Source: Candidatus Geothermocultor quzhuomuensis
Lineage (GTDB): Bacteria; Actinomycetota; Aquicultoria; Geothermocultorales; Geothermocultoraceae
Direction: 5' to 3'
DNA: 64,000 bases
Assembly (NCBI GenBank): GCA_015711795.1
Contig: JACVJC010000011.1
Span: 1,019 to 65,018 of the forward strand
Shown here: in pieces, positions 9,482 to 19,162 of the stretch
How positions within the stretch are numbered: position 1 is the stretch's first letter
Layout: every line of letters starts with the position of its first letter
Position numbers and translations under genes: made by a program
The notes under the pieces: generated by a model
What the model was told of the DNA's origin: nothing
The model's input: only the letters and a program-made list of their open reading frames with translations
Database searches by the model: none

Positions 9482-10497
9482 ATTTTAGTCTCCTTCATTT
9501 TAACTGGTTGACCTCCCTGGTTCATAGACCTCTGAGCAGCCTCAAGAACCTTAAGAACTTTTAACCCTTGAAGCCCATCACTTCTCGGTTTCTTTCCCTC
9601 CTTAATGCAATTGATAAAGTGAAGACATTCAAGAGTTAATGGCTCCTTCATCTTTAAGCTGGGAATGGTAATATCTCCAAACCTTAAAGTTAAAGCTTCG
9701 CTATAAGGTTTAAAAGTTGAAACTGGCTCTACTCCCTTATCGTAAATTCTCACCTTCTCTGAACTTTCCATATCATCAAAGACAACCATTTTTTTAGTTC
9801 CAACAATTGTTAATTTGCGAATTTTATGCGGGTCTAACCAGCTAACATGAATGTTGGCAATTTTTTTACCTGGAAAGGTTAAAGTCAAAAAGGCAACATC
9901 CTCAACCCCATAACGAAGATATGAGCCACCTCGAGCTATCACTTCAAGGGGTTCTTCTTCAAGAAGAAATAAAGCAACAGATATATCATGAGGAGCAAGA
10001 CTCCAAATGACATTTTCATCCTTCCTCAACCTTCCTAAATTAAGCCTTTGCGAGTAAAGATAAAGAACTTCTCCAATTTCACCTTTTTTAATGTATTCCT
10101 TTATCCACTCTATAGCTGGATGATAAATGAGCAAATGACCAACCATTAAAAGGAGTTTTTTCTTTTCAGCTAAGTGGATTAGCTCAAGAGCTTCCTTTGA
10201 ATGAAGGGCAATTGGTTTTTCTACAAAAACATGCTTTGAAGCCTCTAAACTTTTTTTAGCTAGTTGAAAATGAGTAACAGCTGAAGTAGCGATAACAATT
10301 GCTTTTAAAGAAACATCATTCAACAATTCAGAAAAATCTTTAGTTGCATTAACTTGTGGAAACGAACGTTTAATTTTCTCCAAATTTTTTTCTTCAATAT
10401 CGCAAATATACTTTAAATTTACCTCATCAAGTTGGCTAAAGCTGCGGGCTAAATTAGGGCCCCAGTAGCCAAATCCAACTAGACCAAGATTGAGCAA
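9478..10497 (-). CDS. Gfo/Idh/MocA-family NAD-dependent sugar oxidoreductase (WbpB/WlbA-like UDP-GlcNAcA 3-dehydrogenase)
   Basis: N-terminal Rossmann LNLGLVGFGYWGPNLARSF, with EKP...H motifs and a C-terminal alpha/beta domain. Gene context supports the call. Confidence 0.75.
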   Translation of the reverse strand: MLNLGLVGFGYWGPNLARSFSQLDEVNLKYICDIEEKNLEKIKRSFPQVNATKDFSELLNDVSLKAIVIATSAVTHFQLAKKSLEASKHVFVEKPIALHSKEALELIHLAEKKKLLLMVGHLLIYHPAIEWIKEYIKKGEIGEVLYLYSQRLNLGRLRKDENVIWSLAPHDISVALFLLEEEPLEVIARGGSYLRYGVEDVAFLTLTFPGKKIANIHVSWLDPHKIRKLTIVGTKKMVVFDDMESSEKVRIYDKGVEPVSTFKPYSEALTLRFGDITIPSLKMKEPLTLECLHFINCIKEGKKPRSDGLQGLKVLKVLEAAQRSMNQGGQPVKMKETKI

Positions 10498-10506
10498 AAA
10501 AACCTC

Positions 10507-11841
10507 CTAAATTGGGATAATTTTTTCGTCATTGAAATTTTTTAAAACATTTCGTGTATCCAAAATCAAAGAAGAATAACGAACAACTTTTTCATAATCA
10601 ATACAGGAGTGATCAGTCACAATTAAAACACAATCCATTTCTTTCAAAAGTTCAGGGGTTAAATTTTGAGATTTGAGCTTTTGACCATTAACCTCAAGAT
10701 TAGAAATATAAGGGTCAAAAAAGGAAACAATCGCTTTTTCCTTTAATAAAAGATTAATTATCTTCAAAGCTGGAGACCCCCGAGTATCATCAATATCCCT
10801 TTTATAAGTAACCCCTAAAACTAAAATTTTTGAACCACAAAAGCTCTTTTGTTTTGAGCTTAAAATACGAGATAATTTAGAGACAACAAAGTAAGGAATG
10901 TTTTCATTGGTTTTCCCTGAAAGTTCGATAAATTCCGTCCAAAAGTCATATTCTCTAGCTTTCCAAGATAAATAAAAGGGGTCAATGGGAATACAATGCC
11001 CCCCAAGTCCGGGACCAGGATAAAAAGGCATAAACCCAAAAGGCTTAGTCGAAGCGGCTTCAATCACTTCCCAAATATTAATTCCCATCCGATCACAAAG
11101 AAGCATTAATTCGTTAACCAGTGCAATGTTGACGCAACGAAAAATATTTTCAAGAAGCTTTGACATTTCTGCTACTTCACAGCTGGAGACAGAAATAACT
11201 TTTTCAACAAATTGAGAATAAAAAAGAGAAGCAATTTTGGTTGAGCGAGGGTTAATTCCTCCCACAATCCGAGGTGTGTTTTTTAAAGTAAATCTTTTAT
11301 TTCCAGGATCAACTCTCTCCGGTGAAAAAGCAAGATAAAAATCTTTTCCTGCTTTGAGCTTACTCTTTTCTAAAATTGGTAAAACAACTTCCCGAGTTGT
11401 TCCTGGATAAGTAGTACTTTCCAAGATAATTAAGTGTTCTTTTCTCAATTTTTGACCAATCCGATCAGCAGCATCAATAACAAAATTAAGGTCAGGTTCT
11501 TTAGTCTTTGATAATGGTGTCGGGACGCAAATGCAAACAACATCCACTCGAGAAAGTAGACTGAAATCGGTTGTAACTATAACATCCCCTTGAGTAATTA
11601 AGTTCTTTAAAATCCTCGATGAAATGTCGATAATATAACTTTTACCCCTTTTTAATTCAGCAACTTTTTTTTCATCAACATCAAATCCAATTGCTTTAAA
11701 GCCAGATTTTGCAATCTCAACTAATAAGGGCAAACCAACATAGCCTAAACCAATAACCCCAACTTTTGCTTGTTTCCTTTTAATTTTCTCTTCTATCATT
11801 AAAACTAACTCACCTTCTTTAAATTTCAAATAGAATAACAT
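10507..11841 (-). CDS. UDP-N-acetyl-D-glucosamine/mannosamine 6-dehydrogenase (WbpA/WecC family nucleotide-sugar dehydrogenase)
   Basis: AKVGVIGLGYVGLPLLVEIAKSGFKAIGFDVD (NAD-binding). Catalytic-Cys region GGHCIPIDPFYL and a C-terminal UDP-binding domain. The true start is probably the internal Met near 11799 (MIEEKIKRKQAKVGVIGLGYVG). Confidence 0.8.
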   Translation of the reverse strand: MLFYLKFKEGELVLMIEEKIKRKQAKVGVIGLGYVGLPLLVEIAKSGFKAIGFDVDEKKVAELKRGKSYIIDISSRILKNLITQGDVIVTTDFSLLSRVDVVCICVPTPLSKTKEPDLNFVIDAADRIGQKLRKEHLIILESTTYPGTTREVVLPILEKSKLKAGKDFYLAFSPERVDPGNKRFTLKNTPRIVGGINPRSTKIASLFYSQFVEKVISVSSCEVAEMSKLLENIFRCVNIALVNELMLLCDRMGINIWEVIEAASTKPFGFMPFYPGPGLGGHCIPIDPFYLSWKAREYDFWTEFIELSGKTNENIPYFVVSKLSRILSSKQKSFCGSKILVLGVTYKRDIDDTRGSPALKIINLLLKEKAIVSFFDPYISNLEVNGQKLKSQNLTPELLKEMDCVLIVTDHSCIDYEKVVRYSSLILDTRNVLKNFNDEKIIPI

Positions 11842-11931
11842 AAGGTCTTTAAAAATTAAAGTTAGGAAAAGTTTTTACTTGAAAGATTGAGAAGAAAATG
11901 ATAACTTTTCTTTACTTCATTTTTAACTAAA

Positions 11932-12615
11932 ATGGGGCAAATGAGAAAAAAGGTTTTCTTTTTAGCTTTAAGCATAACTTTTTTTATTATCCTTGGGGTA
12001 GTTGCTTTATTCTTTTCGCTGAAAAACAAATCCCAACCAATTCAAAAACAAAGAGAAAAAAAAGAAGAATTTCGAATTTTTAATGTTGGGACTCAATGGT
12101 CTTATGCAGGACCCAGCGAAGAGATAATGAAGCTTACCATAACTGGTAAGAAAAAAATCAATGGAATTGAATGCCTTGTCTACGAAAAATCAATCAAAGG
12201 AAAAACATTTGGTAAAGAGTATAAAACTCAAGATAAAAAGGGAATTAAAATTTATGCTATTGAACAAGAAGGCCAATTAGTCAAATTTAATCCACCCATT
12301 CTAGCTGTCAAATATCCTCTCAAAATTGGATTAGAGTGGGTTTCTCAATTTAAACCAAGTGGGAAAAAAATTAAAAGTGAACTGATAACATCAAAGTGTA
12401 AAGTGACCGAATACAAGAGAGTGAAAGTGCCAGCTGGCGTCTTTAAAGCTTACAAAATTGAACATTATACCTACGCTAAAGAAGATAAAAAGAAAAAAGA
12501 AAAACCCCAATCATTTGATTGGTATAACCCAGAGGTTGGAATTGTCATCCAAGAAAATGTCAGCCCTACTTTTGAAGTTTTTACCCACTTCTTGAGAACC
12601 TATAGTCTTCAGTAG
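11932..12615 (+). CDS. Hypothetical secreted/membrane-anchored Lys-rich protein
   Basis: N-terminal TM/signal (VFFLALSITFFIILGVVALFFSL). No recognisable catalytic motif. Confidence 0.4.
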   Translation: MGQMRKKVFFLALSITFFIILGVVALFFSLKNKSQPIQKQREKKEEFRIFNVGTQWSYAGPSEEIMKLTITGKKKINGIECLVYEKSIKGKTFGKEYKTQDKKGIKIYAIEQEGQLVKFNPPILAVKYPLKIGLEWVSQFKPSGKKIKSELITSKCKVTEYKRVKVPAGVFKAYKIEHYTYAKEDKKKKEKPQSFDWYNPEVGIVIQENVSPTFEVFTHFLRTYSLQ

Positions 12616-12626
12616 CTCTTTAACCT

Positions 12627-13637
12627 TTACCAAGAGAGTTTTTTAAAGTGATCATATCCATAGTGAAGTGGTGTTCTTTTCCCTTCCTCACTTAAAAGAA
12701 AGACTCCCTCTCTCTCAACAACTCTTCCGATAATACTTACCCTTGTTCCTTCCCTTTCTTCAATTTCTTTTTTTATTTCCAGAGCTTTTTTAGGAGAAGA
12801 TGTAAAAACGAGCTCATAATCTTCTCCTCCGTAAAAAGCCAAATCAAGGGGCTTTTTGCCACACCCAATTGCAACTTCACTCACCCCTGGAGCCAAGGGT
12901 ATTTTGTTTTCTTCAATTTCAATTCCAACTTTACTTTCCCTAGCAATGTGAATAAGCTCGCTTGCTAATCCATCACTTATGTCTTCCATTGCCTTAGCTC
13001 CCATTTGAGAAGCTGTTCTTCCTTCATGAATTCGAGGAAAAGGTTCAAGATGAGCCTTGATTAACTCCTCTCGATTACGAATTAACCCCTTAATGCTTGG
13101 GTTTTGCAAAATACTCAAGCCAGCAGCTGCTTTGCCAAGTTCACCAGTGACAAGAACTAAATCACCATTTTCCGCCTCTGATCTTTTTCTCAAACACTTA
13201 GGCTCAACTTCACCAACAATTGCCAAAGATAAAAATAATTTTTCAGAAAAAGTGGTATCTCCGCCAATTATCTTTAACTTAAATTTTTCACATAAGCTCA
13301 ACATCCCTCGATAAATTTCTTCAATTGACTTCACCTCTAAAGAAGGAAAAAGACCCAACGAAACGAAAGCGTATAAGGGTAAGCCACCTGATGATGCAAT
13401 GTCACTTAAGGAAGCAGCTAAAGAGTGATATCCAACTTGAAAGAAAGAAGTATAAGATAAATCAAAATGGGTTCCCTCAACGAAAGAGTCAGTGGTTAAA
13501 ATAAGATATTTCTGAGAATCTACCTTAAAAGCAGCAACATCATCACCAATCGGTAAAATTATCTTCTTATCCTTAAAATCAACCCACTCTCTAATCTTTT
13601 TAATAAGCTTTACTTCCCCCAAATCACTTAATATCAC
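12627..13637 (-). CDS. thiL: Thiamine-monophosphate kinase
   Basis: PIGDDVAAFKVDSQKYLILTTDSFVEGTHF... AIR-synthase-related fold. Thi context. Confidence 0.8.
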   Translation of the reverse strand: MILSDLGEVKLIKKIREWVDFKDKKIILPIGDDVAAFKVDSQKYLILTTDSFVEGTHFDLSYTSFFQVGYHSLAASLSDIASSGGLPLYAFVSLGLFPSLEVKSIEEIYRGMLSLCEKFKLKIIGGDTTFSEKLFLSLAIVGEVEPKCLRKRSEAENGDLVLVTGELGKAAAGLSILQNPSIKGLIRNREELIKAHLEPFPRIHEGRTASQMGAKAMEDISDGLASELIHIARESKVGIEIEENKIPLAPGVSEVAIGCGKKPLDLAFYGGEDYELVFTSSPKKALEIKKEIEEREGTRVSIIGRVVEREGVFLLSEEGKRTPLHYGYDHFKKLSW

Positions 13638-13830
13638 CTGCTACCTCCTAGTTAATCGTAAAACTATATCTTAAACTCTAAATCTTAAAGTAGCAAAGGA
13701 CTTCCAAAATCAAAGATCAAAAAAGGTACTTCAAGCTTTCGAATTTTCCTTTTTTCTATCCCTTACCTTCTCAATCCTTTCCCTATTTGACTTCAGCCCT
13801 TCATGCCCGAGTTATCTAAAAACATTGTTT

Positions 13831-15135
13831 TTAGCATTTTTTGAGTGTCTCGACGCCAAGAACTTGAGAAATAATTTTCATAGCACAGTACTTACCACAC
13901 ATACTACAAGTTTCCTCCTTTACTCCTCTTCTTCTTTCTTTTAAAGCCTTTTTAGCTCTTTCCGGATCAATGCTTAAAGAAATTTGCTTTTCCCAGTTAA
14001 GGTTCTTTCGATGCTTCGATATTTCTAAATCCTGTTCCCAAGCTCTTTTGTTTCCTTTAGCGATATCAGCTGCATGAGCAGCAATTCGAGCAGCTACTAC
14101 TCCCTCTCTAACATCTTCAACCGTCGGCAAACCTAAATGCTCACGAGGTGTAACATAGCAAAGGAAATCAGCTCCATAAAAAGCAGCTAAAGCCCCCCCA
14201 ATAGCTGAAGTAATATGGTCATAACCAAGAGCAACATCAGTCACCAGTGGCCCCAAAACATAAAAAGGAGCCCCTCGGCAAATTTCCTTTTCCATCCGAA
14301 CATTAGCTTCAATCTGGTTAATTGGAACATGCCCAGGCCCTTCAACTATCACCTGGACACCATTTTTTCTAGCTAAATCGACAAGTTCGCCTAAAACAAT
14401 AAGCTCTTGTATTTGAGGACGGTCTGATGCATCAGCTTGACAACCAGGTCGCAATCCATCACCCAAACTTATTGTAATCTCATATTTTTTAGATATTTCA
14501 AGAAGGCGTTCAAATTGTTCGTATAAAGGGTTTTCCTTTCCCTGGTGAATCATCCAAGCAATTAAAAAAGCCCCTCCCCGACTAACAACCCCCGTTACTC
14601 TATCCTCCTTGGAAAGTGAATCTAATGTTTTTAAGGTTACTCCAGCGTGAATTGTCATAAAATCAACTCCATCTTTTGCTTGACGTTCAATAACTTCAAA
14701 AATCTCATCTTCTTTCATCTCAACGATATTTCCTCTCTTTTCAATCGATTCAATAGCTGCTTGATAAATAGGAACAGTCCCTAATGGAACTATTGATTTT
14801 TTTAAGATCGAACGCCTGATTTTATCGAGGTCACCAGCGGTGCTTAAATCCATTACTGTATCAGTCCCAACTTCAATTGCTGTCAATAGCTTTTTAATTT
14901 CCTCTTGAGGAAAGGGATAATACTCTGATGTGCCAATATTTGCATTCACCTTAGTTCTCAAGCCCTTACCAATAACCACTGGTTTTTTAAGCTTGTGGAA
15001 GATATTCTGAGGAACAACAATTTCGCCTTTAAGAACTCCATTGACTAAACTGTCTACTTCTACCCTTTCTTCTTGAGCAATTTTTTTAAAGTTCTCTGGT
15101 AATTTCCCTTTTTTTAAATCTTCAATTAAGCCCAT
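13831..15135 (-). CDS. thiC: Phosphomethylpyrimidine synthase
   Basis: 434 aa. The conserved ThiC core and C-terminal CSMCGKYCAMK radical-SAM-like Fe-S motif are present. Confidence 0.9.
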   Translation of the reverse strand: MGLIEDLKKGKLPENFKKIAQEERVEVDSLVNGVLKGEIVVPQNIFHKLKKPVVIGKGLRTKVNANIGTSEYYPFPQEEIKKLLTAIEVGTDTVMDLSTAGDLDKIRRSILKKSIVPLGTVPIYQAAIESIEKRGNIVEMKEDEIFEVIERQAKDGVDFMTIHAGVTLKTLDSLSKEDRVTGVVSRGGAFLIAWMIHQGKENPLYEQFERLLEISKKYEITISLGDGLRPGCQADASDRPQIQELIVLGELVDLARKNGVQVIVEGPGHVPINQIEANVRMEKEICRGAPFYVLGPLVTDVALGYDHITSAIGGALAAFYGADFLCYVTPREHLGLPTVEDVREGVVAARIAAHAADIAKGNKRAWEQDLEISKHRKNLNWEKQISLSIDPERAKKALKERRRGVKEETCSMCGKYCAMKIISQVLGVETLKKC

Positions 15136-15137
15136 TT

Positions 15138-15776
15138 TTAACCCTTTCTCATCAAAAATTTATCGATTTTCTCCCTCATCTCTTTAGCTGCTTTAACCAT
15201 ATCAGCTTGACCTGTAATAGCTGAGATAACAGCCACTCCATCCGCTCCAGCTAAAAAAATTTCCTCCAAATTAGCTAAATTTACTCCCCCAACTGCAACC
15301 ACTGGAATTCTAACCTTATTTTTAATTGCCCGAAGAGTTTGACAGCCAATGGGTTCACCAGCGTCTTCTTTAGATGGTGTTTCAAAAATTGGCCCAACGC
15401 CTAGATAATCAGCACCACTTCTTTCTGCCTCAATTGCTTCTTGAATATTGCGAGCTGAAACACCAATAATCTTTTTTGGCCCCAGCAACTTTCGAGCTAT
15501 TGTCAAGGGCATATCCTCTTGACCAATATGAATTCCCTCCGATCCAATAGCTAGAGCTATATCAAGTCGATCATTTACAATTAAGGGAATTTTTGCTCGA
15601 AAAGTAAGTTCCCTTAATTTAAAACCAATTTCAAGAAGCTCTCTTGTCGATTTATTCTTCTCTCTAAATTGAATTAAAGTTACTCCACCTTTTATTGCAG
15701 CTTGAGCCAGATCAAGATGGGAATAACCCTTTTCTATGTTTTCCGCTGTAATAACATAAAATCTAAAATCTACCAA
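15138..15776 (-). CDS. thiE: Thiamine-phosphate synthase
   Basis: TIM-barrel ThiE motifs (LIQFREKN..., IPLIVNDRLDIALAIGSEGIHIGQED, VGPIFETPSK). Confidence 0.85.
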   Translation of the reverse strand: MVDFRFYVITAENIEKGYSHLDLAQAAIKGGVTLIQFREKNKSTRELLEIGFKLRELTFRAKIPLIVNDRLDIALAIGSEGIHIGQEDMPLTIARKLLGPKKIIGVSARNIQEAIEAERSGADYLGVGPIFETPSKEDAGEPIGCQTLRAIKNKVRIPVVAVGGVNLANLEEIFLAGADGVAVISAITGQADMVKAAKEMREKIDKFLMRKG

Positions 15777-15780
15777 TTTC

Positions 15781-16590
15781 CTAAACTATTTCTACTTTGG
15801 CTTCTTTTAAAATATCATCAAGGGAAAGATTGAAGATTGCGTCGTATAAAGCGACATGAAAAGAACCAGGTTTTTCGAGCGTTTGTTGAGCAGCTTTTTC
15901 ACCAGCTAACCCAAAGGTAACTAAACCACCAATTGTCGCTAAAAATTTATCTTTTTCAACTGCAGCAAAAGCAGCAATTAATGTTGTTGCCATACAGCCA
16001 GTCCCAGTTACTCGATTAAGCATGGGGTGACCATTTTTAACAATAGCTAATCTCTTACCATCATTAATCAAATCTTCCTCTCCTGTCGCAGCTACAATGC
16101 AATTCTTTTTAAAAGCGAATTCTTTAATCGAAAGTGAGAGGTCATTTTCGACACCAAGTGATTCAACCCCTCTTATTTTGCCGCCATATCCTGCCAAAAT
16201 AGAGACTTCAGCAGCATTTCCTCGAATAATGTCAACATAAAGCTCTCGCAATATCTTACGAGCACTTTCTGTTCTCAAAGAAGTTGCTCCCACTCCAACG
16301 GGGTCAAAAACAATCGGAATTTTAAGCTCATTTGCCCTTTTCCCAGCTAAAATCATTGCTTCAACCAACTCAAGTGATAGCGTCCCAATATTTAAAATTA
16401 AAGCTCCAGCATGCGAAACCATCTCTTCAACTTCTTTCTGGTCTTGCGCCATAACAGGTAAGGCACCAACACAAAGAGTTAAATTGGCAGTTTCATTAGC
16501 AACAACATAATTAGTAATATGATGGAGTAATGGCTTCTCTTCCCTTATTTTTTCTAAATCTTCGGCTAACCGCGTGATAATCTTTCTCAT
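15781..16590 (-). CDS. thiM: Hydroxyethylthiazole kinase
   Basis: LLHHITNYVVANETANLTLCVGALPVMA... and ribokinase-like C-terminal GTGCM. First gene downstream of the TPP riboswitch. Confidence 0.85.
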   Translation of the reverse strand: MRKIITRLAEDLEKIREEKPLLHHITNYVVANETANLTLCVGALPVMAQDQKEVEEMVSHAGALILNIGTLSLELVEAMILAGKRANELKIPIVFDPVGVGATSLRTESARKILRELYVDIIRGNAAEVSILAGYGGKIRGVESLGVENDLSLSIKEFAFKKNCIVAATGEEDLINDGKRLAIVKNGHPMLNRVTGTGCMATTLIAAFAAVEKDKFLATIGGLVTFGLAGEKAAQQTLEKPGSFHVALYDAIFNLSLDDILKEAKVEIV

Positions 16591-16597
16591 AAAACCC

Positions 16598-16758
16598 CTT
16601 AAAATAATAAGCTGTGTTCCAGCGGAACAACAGCTTTTAAAACTTAAAATCTTCTAATCTTTTCCCTCCGCTGGCATTACCCAGATCAGGTTCTAACGGT
16701 CTCCCCACCATTGCAGGGACTCTCAGCCCACTTGATGAGCTCCCGTTCGATATATTTA
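16598..16758 (-). ncRNA. TPP (THI-box) riboswitch with intrinsic-terminator expression platform, 5' leader of thiM-thiE-thiC
   Basis: The minus strand reads ...GGGCUGAGAGUCCCUGCAAUGGUGGGGAGACCGUUAGAACCUGAUCUGGGUAAUGCCAGCGGAGGGAA. This contains the canonical CUGAGA and ACCUGAUCUGGxUAAUxCCAGCG-AGGGA elements. It is followed by hairpin AAGCUGUUGUUCC-GCUG-GGAACACAGCUU plus a U-tract, then AAGGGG (SD) and the thiM ATG. Confidence 0.85.
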
Positions 16759-16775
16759 GTTACTTATATTATAAC

Positions 16776-17543
16776 TTATTTTTTACTTTTTTCTACAATT
16801 ACTTTTGCTCCCTTTTTAAGGGTGCCTGCCTTTAAAAAGCCCCAGAGAAGAAGGGCTGAGCCAATCATTTCAGCTGGATAAAGTCCAGCTGTTTTGCCCG
16901 CTCTAGCCATTCCCCCCGCTGTAGCAATAATAATTGTCCCAAGAGCAATGAGAACATTAGCCCACATTCGATAAGCATATTCTTTTTTAGCAGCAAAAAG
17001 AATAACCGAATAAATAGCACCACCTAAAAGAAAAAATGTTCCAGGAATAGTAAAGAAAAAGGAAAATACACGGACACTATCAGGCATTGCTTTCCCACCA
17101 ACTGTTATCCCTGGTATTAAGTTTTTTTCAATCAAAGGAACCGAAAAAGATTGAATCAAAAAAACTATCAAAAGCAAAATAAGATAAATTAAAAAAAGAT
17201 TGCCCCAAAGTTTTCTCTTAAAAATAAGATAAACAGTTCCCAGACCTAAAAAGCCAACTAAAGTTGCAGCTAAAACATAGTAAATTCGATATAATCCATG
17301 AGACCATGAGTGAAAGAACTCAGAATAAGCCTCCATCAAAGCTGCTATAGCATATAAAAGTAAACCAAAAAACCATGCTAATTGATGTGCTTTTTTACGC
17401 TTAAAATATTGGCGCAAGACCAGAAAAGCAAAGAAAAAACCAATTATTGCAGTGAGAAATGGCCAAAGCCAATGAGACCAAAACTTCTCCATCTTAAAAA
17501 CCCTTTTTAATTTAATAATACCTAAGTAAGGTTCCCAAGCCAA
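16776..17543 (-). CDS. Hypothetical polytopic membrane protein (~7 TM)
   Basis: Hydrophobic profile only. It lies immediately upstream of the TPP riboswitch, outside the regulated transcript. Confidence 0.4.
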   Translation of the reverse strand: MAWEPYLGIIKLKRVFKMEKFWSHWLWPFLTAIIGFFFAFLVLRQYFKRKKAHQLAWFFGLLLYAIAALMEAYSEFFHSWSHGLYRIYYVLAATLVGFLGLGTVYLIFKRKLWGNLFLIYLILLLIVFLIQSFSVPLIEKNLIPGITVGGKAMPDSVRVFSFFFTIPGTFFLLGGAIYSVILFAAKKEYAYRMWANVLIALGTIIIATAGGMARAGKTAGLYPAEMIGSALLLWGFLKAGTLKKGAKVIVEKSKK

Positions 17544-17564
17544 CTTTTGGTAAAATATTTTTAA

Positions 17565-18443
17565 ATGACTAATTTTAAAATCAAATTAAAACCAATTTCC
17601 TCTCTTTTTCTTGCTTTTCTTCTTTCCTTGTTAACCTTAACTTCTCCATCATTAGCAAGTTCATCAGAGATAATATTCTTAAATAACATTAAAAAACATG
17701 TTTATTTTCTCTCAAAAAAAATTAAAAGCCGTGATTCAGGAACAGAAGGTGAAAAAACCGCCGCACGCTACATTAAAAATAAGCTAATCTCCTATCGATT
17801 TACCCCTGAAATGCAAACCTTTCCCTTGCCAAGTGGGTTAAGCTCTTCCAATATAATCGCCACTAAACCAGGAGGACAATCAAATAAAATACTAATTCTT
17901 GGAGCTCACTATGATTCTAAAGATAACTCTCCTGGCGCTAATGATAATGGAACTGGAGTAGGAATCCTTCTAGAAATTGCTAGAATCTTTTCCCATCGGC
18001 CATCTAGACCAACTCTTAAGTTTATCTTCTTCGGAGCCGAAGAAATGGTTGATAAAAATCCTGACCATCATCACTATGGCTCTCGTTATTATGTTAAAAA
18101 TCTTTCTCTAGGCGAGCGAAAAAAAATAGTTGGAATGGTCTCAATTGACATGGTTGGATACGGAAAAAAATTCCATGTCCGTTCAATGAAGGTTGCTTCA
18201 ATGACTATGGTAAACACCATCTTAACCAGAGCTAAAGTAGCCAAAATCAAAATTTCCTTTTTAAGGAGCAAGGAATGGAGTGACCACGAACCTTTTGAAA
18301 AAGTTGGAATTTCCTCAGCCTGGCTCGAGTGGAAGAGTGACCCTTATCATCACACTTTAAGAGATAACTATGACCACATTAACTGGAAAAATGTAAAAAC
18401 AACCTTCCTCTTAGTTAAAGATTTAGTGGAAAATTTTAAGTAA
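17565..18443 (+). CDS. Secreted M28-family Zn aminopeptidase
   Basis: Signal peptide, then LILGAHYDSKDNSPGANDNGTGVGILLEIAR...FIFFGAEE...HH. These are M28 metal-ligand motifs. Confidence 0.75.
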   Translation: MTNFKIKLKPISSLFLAFLLSLLTLTSPSLASSSEIIFLNNIKKHVYFLSKKIKSRDSGTEGEKTAARYIKNKLISYRFTPEMQTFPLPSGLSSSNIIATKPGGQSNKILILGAHYDSKDNSPGANDNGTGVGILLEIARIFSHRPSRPTLKFIFFGAEEMVDKNPDHHHYGSRYYVKNLSLGERKKIVGMVSIDMVGYGKKFHVRSMKVASMTMVNTILTRAKVAKIKISFLRSKEWSDHEPFEKVGISSAWLEWKSDPYHHTLRDNYDHINWKNVKTTFLLVKDLVENFK

Positions 18444-18516
18444 CACAAAGCCACCTAAATTACCTATTACTATTTTTTAGGTTTTTTAAGTGAGGTAAAA
18501 TTAAGGTGAGGTATCA

Positions 18517-19161
18517 ATGAAAAAAGATACTACTAAAGAAAGAACTCTAAAAATTATCAATCTTCTAAAAAAAGAATATCCAGAAGCAAAAATTGCTCTT
18601 AACTTTAGTAACGCTCTTGAGCTTCTGGTTGCAACAATTCTTTCAGCTCAATGCACAGACGAAAGAGTAAATCAAGTAACTAAGGATTTATTTAAAAAAT
18701 ATCAAACGGCTGCTGATTATGCTAATGCTCCACCGGAAGAACTTGAAAATGACATCCGTTCAACTGGTTTTTATCGAAATAAAGCTAGAAACATTCAACA
18801 AGCTGCAACTTTAATCGTCAAAAAATATAATTCCCAAGTCCCAAAAAAAATGGAGGAAATTTTAACCTTACCTGGGGTTGCCCGAAAAACTGCCAATATT
18901 GTTTTGGGAAACGCTTATGGGATTGTTGAAGGAATTCCAGTTGATACCCATGTTCAACGTCTTTCTAAAAGGCTTGGTTTAACTAAAAATAAAAACCCAG
19001 AAAAAATTGAGCTTGATTTAATGAGGTTGGTTCCAAAAGATAGTTGGTTTCAGTTCCCCTACCTTTTAATCGAACATGGACGAAAAATTTGCCAAGCAAA
19101 AAATGCTCGTTGCTCTAAATGTCTTTTAAATTCTTTATGCCCTTCTGCTTTTAAGGTTTAA
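18517..19161 (+). CDS. nth: Endonuclease III (DNA glycosylase/AP lyase)
   Basis: LVATILSAQCTDERVN, the HhH-GPD LPGVARKTANIVLGNAYG, and the [4Fe-4S] motif CQAKNARCSKCLLNSLC. Confidence 0.9.
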   Translation: MKKDTTKERTLKIINLLKKEYPEAKIALNFSNALELLVATILSAQCTDERVNQVTKDLFKKYQTAADYANAPPEELENDIRSTGFYRNKARNIQQAATLIVKKYNSQVPKKMEEILTLPGVARKTANIVLGNAYGIVEGIPVDTHVQRLSKRLGLTKNKNPEKIELDLMRLVPKDSWFQFPYLLIEHGRKICQAKNARCSKCLLNSLCPSAFKV

Positions 19162-19162
19162 T

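Noticed and set aside
13638-13830. Second TPP riboswitch between thiC and thiL
   Set aside because: The minus strand lacks CUGAGA and the ACCUGAUCUGG...CCAGCG elements. Only an AT-only weak hairpin after thiC was seen.
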